This document shows positions 6,489 through 12,813 of a stretch of DNA of 16,600 nt, piece by piece. Position numbers and translations under genes: made by a program. Below the pieces are notes generated by a model. That model saw only the letters and a program-made list of their open reading frames with translations. It was not told the origin of the DNA and did no database searches. The DNA is from Candidatus Helarchaeota archaeon (lineage in GTDB: Archaea > Asgardarchaeota > Lokiarchaeia > Helarchaeales > RDOG01), in NCBI GenBank assembly GCA_029838215.1, contig JALGVI010000071.1:1-16600 (forward strand). Reading direction: 5' to 3'. Position 1 is the stretch's first letter; the number at the start of each line of letters is the position of its first letter.

Positions 6489-7997
6489 CTAGAAAAAGTT
6501 AAAGATCTTTGGAAGATCTCCTACTTCTTTTCTGAACTTTTTGGGCCAATTATCCGGGTCCAAACCTTTTTGTGCCAGGAAGGCAACACTCCATCGTTCC
6601 AACCCGATACCCGAGCAACCTGACCATAAATCCAATCTTTGTGCCTTTATGTTAAACGCCTTCGTATATTTATCTCCAACGATTGACAGGTTCTGAAATT
6701 CGAGCCATTCACTATCTTCTCTTGTTCCACGATACGGAAGGTATGCTTCAAAATCAATAGTTCCCTTGATTCTTTGTTTGGCATCATCCAATTCCAAGAT
6801 TCCCGAGTGTTGCAAGTAGAACGGCGTTACCCAAGCCATTCTCCACTCCAGATCTAAAATATCATTAAAAATATATTTGTATTTTTCAATTATCTTGTCC
6901 TTAACTTCAACTAATTGTTCCATCGTTCCGATATACACTAATTCCATGCGGTGAAACTCATCCATCCTTTCGATACCGTGGCGTCCTCCGCTTTCATAGC
7001 GGTTGCTGACAGCGCTCCGATCATATACAAGGATGGGAAATTGATCATCACCTATCGTCTTGCCGGAGAAAAACTCATAGATATTTGGACATTGAACATA
7101 ACAATTTATTGCATTTGGAGGGGAAAGCAATTTTGATAATTCTTCATGTGGTACTTCCCTTGAAATTTTTAAATAATCTATGAACGTTTCCCATTCTTCG
7201 GGATTTCGCGTCTTAGGCTCGCACACGTAATATACTTCCATTGGAACGCCTTCAAGATGACCCGTCTTAAGCAGGGTGCTGAAAGATTCGTGATGCGGTT
7301 CAATGACCTCTTGAAATCCAAGAGGCTTGATGATTTCTCTTTTAACAATCTGTTCCATCGCACGAATGATCTTCGTGATTTGGGGACCAAAGAACCACTT
7401 GCCTTTCGTTCGACCTAACTGTAGCCACCCTTTTTCCACCATGACCCTGCTCGGATCCTCGTTCCAAATTGGTTCTTTCTTTTCCGATGCCCATAAAATC
7501 TCGGCAAATTCACCCTTGCCTGCATAATACTGCTGGTCAATTTTTTCCCTGATTCGCCTCACTATTCTATTCACGAAATTCTTCTTGACAAAGCTCTCCT
7601 CCAGCGGTTTCGAAAACGTTATTTCAAACTTGTCCTCATCAAGCTTGAAATCGTCCACGTAAGGTATCGTGAAATCGTGCAATGGGCTCTTTTCCAAGCC
7701 GAATTGTAACTTGTAATGCGAAACAACGACCTTCTTGACCGTAAGACGATGTTTTTTCCCGAAATTTTGATTGAGCTTGTTCCGAAGTTGAAAGAGAACT
7801 GCGTGAGGAAAACCGGTATCATAGAAGATTTCGAGTTTTAGTTTATCCTTTTCGTGAGAAACCGTGAATTTCATGTCTTTTTGTGCGTGCTTTTTCTCAA
7901 GCCCTGTTTTGAACTCGTCCAAAAATTGTTTGATCTCTTTGATCTGTGCCGAAATGTCTTTATTAAAGAGAAATTCTGCTTTTAATGTCGAAGGCAT
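6489..7997 (-). CDS. serS: Seryl-tRNA synthetase, type 2 (methanogen-type, zinc-dependent)
   Basis: 502 aa with a large N-terminal tRNA-binding domain. Motif 2 is RYESGGRHGIERMDEFHRMELVY and motif 3 is WSGCSGIGLERW. Cys303 (VQCPNIY), Glu352 and Cys461 match the Cys/Glu/Cys zinc ligands of Methanosarcina SerRS. Family-typical C-terminal AQKGLDPDNWP. Confidence 0.92.
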   Translation of the reverse strand: MPSTLKAEFLFNKDISAQIKEIKQFLDEFKTGLEKKHAQKDMKFTVSHEKDKLKLEIFYDTGFPHAVLFQLRNKLNQNFGKKHRLTVKKVVVSHYKLQFGLEKSPLHDFTIPYVDDFKLDEDKFEITFSKPLEESFVKKNFVNRIVRRIREKIDQQYYAGKGEFAEILWASEKKEPIWNEDPSRVMVEKGWLQLGRTKGKWFFGPQITKIIRAMEQIVKREIIKPLGFQEVIEPHHESFSTLLKTGHLEGVPMEVYYVCEPKTRNPEEWETFIDYLKISREVPHEELSKLLSPPNAINCYVQCPNIYEFFSGKTIGDDQFPILVYDRSAVSNRYESGGRHGIERMDEFHRMELVYIGTMEQLVEVKDKIIEKYKYIFNDILDLEWRMAWVTPFYLQHSGILELDDAKQRIKGTIDFEAYLPYRGTREDSEWLEFQNLSIVGDKYTKAFNIKAQRLDLWSGCSGIGLERWSVAFLAQKGLDPDNWPKKFRKEVGDLPKIFNFF

Positions 7998-8203
7998 CGA
8001 AATCCCAATCCAATTTAACGTTTAATCATGAATACATGTCTTTAATGAAGGATAAAATTGCATTTAATGATAGAGATCAAAAACAATTTAGATATAAATA
8101 TACGTGGGATGTACTTTAGCCCGCTCGAACATGAGAAACGTATTTAAGATTTCAAAAAGAAATAAAAAGCATTAATAATGAGACTAACCACGCGGTGAAA
8201 AAA

Positions 8204-8818
8204 ATGTCTGAATTAACCAAGGCAGCAGTTGAGTTAGAAGAAGACCAAGTCTTGAATCTCGTAAAGGATAGATTGGCAAAAAATTCGGATGAAGGCTTGC
8301 AAATCGTTGAAGAATTGCGTGAAGCAATGAACATAATCGGAAAGCGCTTTGAAGAGCAGGAATATTTCTTGAGCGACCTTGTCTTTGCTGCAGAGATATT
8401 CGAGAACGCCATTAAAATAATTCGACCATACCTGAAAACAGAAACGCAAAAACTGGGGAAGGTTCTCATCGGCACGGTTCAAGGAGACATTCACGACATA
8501 GGAAAAAGCATTTTGGGGTCCCTGCTGGAGTGTGCGGGATTCGAAGTAATTGATCTCGGCGTAGACCAACCGATCCAGAACTTTATTGAAGCAATCAAAA
8601 AGGAAAACCCCGACATCATCGGTCTGTCCACGTTACTCACGATAGGATTCGACTCAATGAAAAAAACAATTGAGGAAATTCGAAAAGTAACTGAAAAAAA
8701 GATCATCATTGGCGGCGGAGTGATCAACCAGGATTGGTGCGACCAAGTCAAGGCTGACCTGTGGGCAAAAGATGCAATGGACGGCGTCAATAAAATAAGA
8801 GAATTATTGGATGTCTAA
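8204..8818 (+). CDS. Corrinoid (cobalamin-binding) protein, MtbC/MttC/MetH-cap type
   Basis: N-terminal B12-binding_2 cap (MNIIGKRFEEQEYFLSDLVFAAEIF), then GTVQGDIHDIGK (DxHxxG base-off His ligand), GFEVIDLGVD, IIGLSTLLT and IIGGG. GCGGTGA ribosome-binding site favours ATG 8204; the ORF track uses GTG 8195. Confidence 0.92.
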   Translation: MSELTKAAVELEEDQVLNLVKDRLAKNSDEGLQIVEELREAMNIIGKRFEEQEYFLSDLVFAAEIFENAIKIIRPYLKTETQKLGKVLIGTVQGDIHDIGKSILGSLLECAGFEVIDLGVDQPIQNFIEAIKKENPDIIGLSTLLTIGFDSMKKTIEEIRKVTEKKIIIGGGVINQDWCDQVKADLWAKDAMDGVNKIRELLDV

Positions 8819-8819
8819 C

Positions 8820-8826
8820 TTTTTTT
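8820..8826 (+). terminator. Possible oligo-T terminator after the corrinoid gene
   Basis: T7 run immediately after the TAA. A CGAGAAA/TTTCTCG hairpin follows at 8840-8862, inside the 3' end of the convergent gene. Confidence 0.3.
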
Positions 8827-8831
8827 TCTAA

Positions 8832-9758
8832 TTACTCGACGAGAAAAGGGAATTCTTTCTCGAATTTTTCAGAAATGAGTGTCGCGGGAAATACGCCTAC
8901 TTCCGTTATGAGGCTGGCGATTAGGTCGTGTGAGATCGTTTCGAAAGCAGGATTCAACAACTTTACACCCTTTGGAGGATCATCCCATATTTCTCCTACC
9001 GGTCTCATCTCGATTGTTTCCAAGTTTCCAAGTAGAGAATCGGGATTGTATTTGAGAATCGTGGTGACGACATAAAGCGGAATGTGGTTTTCATGTGCCA
9101 TCAATCCGAGAAGGCGTGAGCCGATCTTGTTGAAAACAGTTCCTTCTGCCGTAATGGAGTCTGCTCCAATTAAAATTAGATCAATTTTATTCTTAAAATG
9201 CTTGACAACCCATCGCATCGCGCTATCAACGATGTGGGTAACCTGTATTCCGTGTTCGGCCAACTCTCGAGCCGTGATTCGACCTTGAAATAGAGGTCTC
9301 GTTTCGGTATTTATGACCTCGAGTTTTTTTGTCTTTTTTGCTTCGATTATAATCTGCGTGACCGCAGATGAGTGACAATGCGTGAAAATGAGTGAGTCAT
9401 CAGGAATGCGCTTTGCACCGATTTGCGCAATTTTAAATTTGGCAGATCGTAATAATTCAATATATTCCTCAGTATATGTCATGATTAATGATTTGGCTTC
9501 TTCTACGTCCGTCGCTTCAGCCAGCCTTGCTTTTTTAATGGCATACTTCAAACCATTCCTCAAGCAAGGTTCGGTCACACGGCTGTATTCTAAAATTCTT
9601 CTTGAATCCTCGATTTTTTGAAAGAATTCCTTGACACTTGATGCTTTTAGTGAACCAGCATGATCCCCAAGTGCTTTTACCCCTGCAAGAGCCACGTTTG
9701 TAGCACCTTGAATTTCTAATTTCTTGATTTTTTCAGCCACATCTTGTATTTTTTCCAT
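8832..9758 (-). CDS. eIF-2B alpha/beta/delta-family sugar-phosphate isomerase, most like ribose-1,5-bisphosphate isomerase
   Basis: IQGA, THCHS (catalytic Cys128), TETRP..QG, VDSA, GADSIT (catalytic Asp200), NKIGS and NPAFE align with Thermococcus R15P isomerase motifs. The ATG lies 1 nt after the nagB-fusion stop. Confidence 0.85.
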   Translation of the reverse strand: MEKIQDVAEKIKKLEIQGATNVALAGVKALGDHAGSLKASSVKEFFQKIEDSRRILEYSRVTEPCLRNGLKYAIKKARLAEATDVEEAKSLIMTYTEEYIELLRSAKFKIAQIGAKRIPDDSLIFTHCHSSAVTQIIIEAKKTKKLEVINTETRPLFQGRITARELAEHGIQVTHIVDSAMRWVVKHFKNKIDLILIGADSITAEGTVFNKIGSRLLGLMAHENHIPLYVVTTILKYNPDSLLGNLETIEMRPVGEIWDDPPKGVKLLNPAFETISHDLIASLITEVGVFPATLISEKFEKEFPFLVE

Positions 9759-9759
9759 T

Positions 9760-11595
9760 TTACAACCTTCTTTTTACTTTAAATGATTCTGCATGACAAA
9801 ACTCTTGAATCAGACCAAGCTTCAATAATTCCTCACCCAATTGTCGATTTCGATCTTCAGCTCGCTTCCAAAAAGGACGCAGATCGTCTCCCGGAAACAG
9901 CGGGTCCAGTTGAGACACGTGTTCCTTGATGGCTTTCAACTTGAGATCCATTATTTCTTTGTCAAAACAATAAATTAAATCAATCTCATGTAATGAATAA
10001 TCATTCCAAGCTCCACGATAATACCATGAATCGAAGGTAAAATCGAGATTCTTGGTGGCGAGCTCGAAAATCTGAAGAACCTTTCCATGGGTACCATGCG
10101 GATCTTCGCGTTCCTTATTTACAATTATGATATCCGGCTTAAATGACAGGAGTTCATCATGTAGAAGAGAAATATCCCTTGAAGAAATTATAGATTTTCT
10201 TATTTTTCCATCAATGAAAATTCTCTCATTATAGAACGGACAATCCAGAAAAATTAAATTTTCAGGAGCAATTCCTATTATCTTTACAGCATTCGTGGCT
10301 TCGATCTCTCTCATTCGCTTTTTTAACATCATGACTTGAGTCATTTCTTGCTCACTTAAAGCATCAGGTTTCTCATTAAGCTTCTTCAATAGAGAAGTCA
10401 GTCGAGAATCACTCTTATAGAAATTCATGATGTCTGAATTTTTAACGGCGTTCACGCCGCTCACCATGTAGCACACGCGTAATTCGTTGAATTGGTTCAA
10501 GAGATTCATCGTGGCGCCCAAACAAATGACATCATCGTCTGGATGTGGAGATATGATAAAAATTCTCTGATTTTTTGGACAGGAATTCTCGTCCATCAGT
10601 TTCGCTCTCATCATTGATACACACAGATCATTCAATTCTTTCAAGCTTTGGTAATTATTAACCAAGTCTTCAAGATGGTGCGCTATAAAATCATCTCTTG
10701 TCAATCCTGTAATGGGTTTCCCTGTTTCGCTTGCAAGCCAAATCACGGCTGCCATGATCAGGTTCTTATTGCTCCAATCTATTCTATCTGTATAAATCCA
10801 CGGCCTGATCATTCGGGAAAGTTTTGAAGCGGCATGTCGATCAATCATGATCGTGAGATCGGGATGCTTTTTCAAGTAACTGGCTGGAACGTCGGAAGTT
10901 ATTTCTCCTTCAATGACGATCTTCATGACTTCTGCCTTATGCTCACCGGAAGCTAAAAGCAGGACTTTTTTGGCTTCAAGGATCGTTCCAATTCCCATTG
11001 AGATTGAATATTTGGGCACTTCATCCAAAGAACCGAAAAATCGTGAGTTATCTTCCCGCGTTTTTTCTGTTAATTCAACTTTCCTAGTTCGTGAATCAAT
11101 GGACGACCCTGCCTCATTAAAGCCGATATGACCACCGCGTATTTTCCCGCCTTCATAATAGGACGCACCAATGCCAAGAACTTGGAGATCAATTCCTCCT
11201 GCAGCAACAATCTCATTTTCATATTGCTTGCAATATCTAGTTAGTTGACTCTCGGGAATTTCACCATCAGGCACGTGCCTGTTTTTTTCAGGAATGTTTA
11301 CATGGCGAAAAAACCAGAAGTCCATGTAATAATTATAACTTTGGGGACGTGATTTTGGCATGGGATAATATTCATCGAGATTAAAAGTCGTGACTCGTGA
11401 AAAATCCAATCCCTCTTCCACGTGTAGACGAACCAATTCCTTATACATGCTGATTGGCGTGCTTCCTGTTGGAAGACCTAAAACGCTATCGGGCTTTCTC
11501 CTGATCTGGTCCGCCACAATTCCTGCCGCTTTTTTCCCCAATTCGTCATCATTTTCCACGATGATCAATTTGAAATCCTGATTTTTTTCAGTCAA
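9760..11595 (-). CDS. nagB: Glucosamine-6-phosphate deaminase (NagB) fused to a C-terminal PIG-L/LmbE-type deacetylase domain
   Basis: LGLPTGSTP, TTFNLDEY, GIDLQVLGIG, GHIGFNE, SISMGIGTIL, LLASGEHKA and VPASYL (NagB). Then ISPHPDDDVI, RMREIE..A and DPHGTH (PIG-L metal motifs). TTG start with GGAAG upstream; an in-frame TGA at 11614-11616 excludes a longer start. Confidence 0.88.
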   Translation of the reverse strand: MTEKNQDFKLIIVENDDELGKKAAGIVADQIRRKPDSVLGLPTGSTPISMYKELVRLHVEEGLDFSRVTTFNLDEYYPMPKSRPQSYNYYMDFWFFRHVNIPEKNRHVPDGEIPESQLTRYCKQYENEIVAAGGIDLQVLGIGASYYEGGKIRGGHIGFNEAGSSIDSRTRKVELTEKTREDNSRFFGSLDEVPKYSISMGIGTILEAKKVLLLASGEHKAEVMKIVIEGEITSDVPASYLKKHPDLTIMIDRHAASKLSRMIRPWIYTDRIDWSNKNLIMAAVIWLASETGKPITGLTRDDFIAHHLEDLVNNYQSLKELNDLCVSMMRAKLMDENSCPKNQRIFIISPHPDDDVICLGATMNLLNQFNELRVCYMVSGVNAVKNSDIMNFYKSDSRLTSLLKKLNEKPDALSEQEMTQVMMLKKRMREIEATNAVKIIGIAPENLIFLDCPFYNERIFIDGKIRKSIISSRDISLLHDELLSFKPDIIIVNKEREDPHGTHGKVLQIFELATKNLDFTFDSWYYRGAWNDYSLHEIDLIYCFDKEIMDLKLKAIKEHVSQLDPLFPGDDLRPFWKRAEDRNRQLGEELLKLGLIQEFCHAESFKVKRRL

Positions 11596-11655
11596 GTTTA
11601 AACTTCCATGCGATCATCATTCGTGAACATCATGCCTTGCTTGAAAATAAGTAAG

Positions 11656-11670
11656 TTTTAATAATTAAAA
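11656..11670. promoter_or_regulatory. Perfect palindrome TTTTAAT-A-ATTAAAA between the divergent nagB-fusion and GHMP kinase genes (bidirectional TATA or operator candidate)
   Basis: Seen directly, near the middle of the 149-bp divergent intergenic region. AT-rich palindromes arise easily by chance. Confidence 0.35.
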
Positions 11671-11744
11671 AGATCCTCTAATTCGTTTATAGCCACCATG
11701 AACAATTTCAAAAAATCAAAATCCGGCATTTTAGTTAGATCACG

Positions 11745-12809
11745 ATGTTAGAAGTCAGCACTCCCGGAAGGATCTGCCTATTTGGCGAAGATCTGGACTA
11801 CATGGGATTAAACGTCATCACGGCTGCGATAAATCTACGAATGCACGTTAGAGGCGATTTTTCAGATGATGATTTCATCACGATTTATTTCAAGGATCTT
11901 GATGAACGGGATAGATTCCGGATAAACCAGCCCGCCCCTTATCGAAAAAAGCGCGATTACATTCGTGCCGCAACAAATGTCCTGAATCGCAAGGGATATG
12001 AGATAAATCGCGGCATAAAAGCCACGATCTGGAGTGAAATTCCAATAGGGAGGGGGCTATCGAGTTCTTCTGTATTAACCATTTCGTGGATTGCATTTGT
12101 GAATGAATTGTTTGAATTCGGGTTGACAAAGAAGGAAATTGCAGAGCTCGCATATCAATCTGAAGTTGTTGAGAATAATGAATCAGGAGGGAACATGGAC
12201 CATTATGCCTGTTCATTGGGAAATGGAATGCACCTGAATTGCTCCACTCATGACGTCAAAATACTCGAATTAAACCACCTTGCGGACTCAATAGTTATCG
12301 CCGATACTAAAATCATAAAAAAAGAACTCGTACACGGCGAGCGCAAGAAAAACATCATTGAAGGTCTTGAGTGGTTCTCCAAATTCGTGGATTTTGATTT
12401 AAAAAACACGTGTTGCGAAGATTTGGAACCGTTTTTTTCAAAAATACCTCCAATTCCTTTAAAACATGCCCGAGCAATCCTCCGGCTTCGAGACATCACG
12501 AATGAAGCTGAAAAAGTCTTGTCAAGACCAGAAAGCGATCCTGAAAAACTCGGTCGTTTATTCGATGAATTTCACCATGAACTCGTGAGAGGATTTGACA
12601 ACAGTACCGAAATGACCGAAAAAATCATTCTGGAAGCAAAAAAGGCAGGGGCTTTAGGAGGAAAAATATTGGGTTCGGGTTTTGGCGGCTGCGTACTATT
12701 GTACTGTCCTGGAAAACAAAAAGAAGTTTCCGAAGCCGTAAAAAAAAGTGGTGGCGAACCATACATCGTGTGCATTGATGAAGGAATTCGAATCGAGCAC
12801 GAAGATTAG
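11745..12809 (+). CDS. GHMP-family sugar kinase (galactokinase-like), substrate uncertain
   Basis: PGRICLFGEDLDY (galactokinase signature-like), ATP loop PIGRGLSSSS, catalytic GGNMDHY, C-terminal GALGGKILGSGFGGC. Confidence 0.88.
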   Translation: MLEVSTPGRICLFGEDLDYMGLNVITAAINLRMHVRGDFSDDDFITIYFKDLDERDRFRINQPAPYRKKRDYIRAATNVLNRKGYEINRGIKATIWSEIPIGRGLSSSSVLTISWIAFVNELFEFGLTKKEIAELAYQSEVVENNESGGNMDHYACSLGNGMHLNCSTHDVKILELNHLADSIVIADTKIIKKELVHGERKKNIIEGLEWFSKFVDFDLKNTCCEDLEPFFSKIPPIPLKHARAILRLRDITNEAEKVLSRPESDPEKLGRLFDEFHHELVRGFDNSTEMTEKIILEAKKAGALGGKILGSGFGGCVLLYCPGKQKEVSEAVKKSGGEPYIVCIDEGIRIEHED

Positions 12810-12813
12810 GCAT

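Noticed and set aside
8832-9758. Calling this gene a translation initiation factor eIF-2B subunit (a eukaryotic signature)
   Set aside because: It keeps the catalytic Cys/Asp pair and substrate motifs of the isomerase branch and is coupled to a sugar-metabolism gene.
11698-11751. 17-codon upstream ORF (MNNFKKSKSGILVRSRC) whose stop lies just inside the GHMP kinase start
   Set aside because: No ribosome-binding site and no telling codon content. ORFs this short are expected by chance.
790-12809. Possible selenocysteine or pyrrolysine read-through at TGA/TAG stops (RHH gene, PIN gene, lysC, serS, GHMP kinase)
   Set aside because: Each protein is already complete for its family at the stop, and what follows is another stop, the next gene or a convergent gene. 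The corrinoid gene ends in TAA and no Pyl-type methyltransferase is present.
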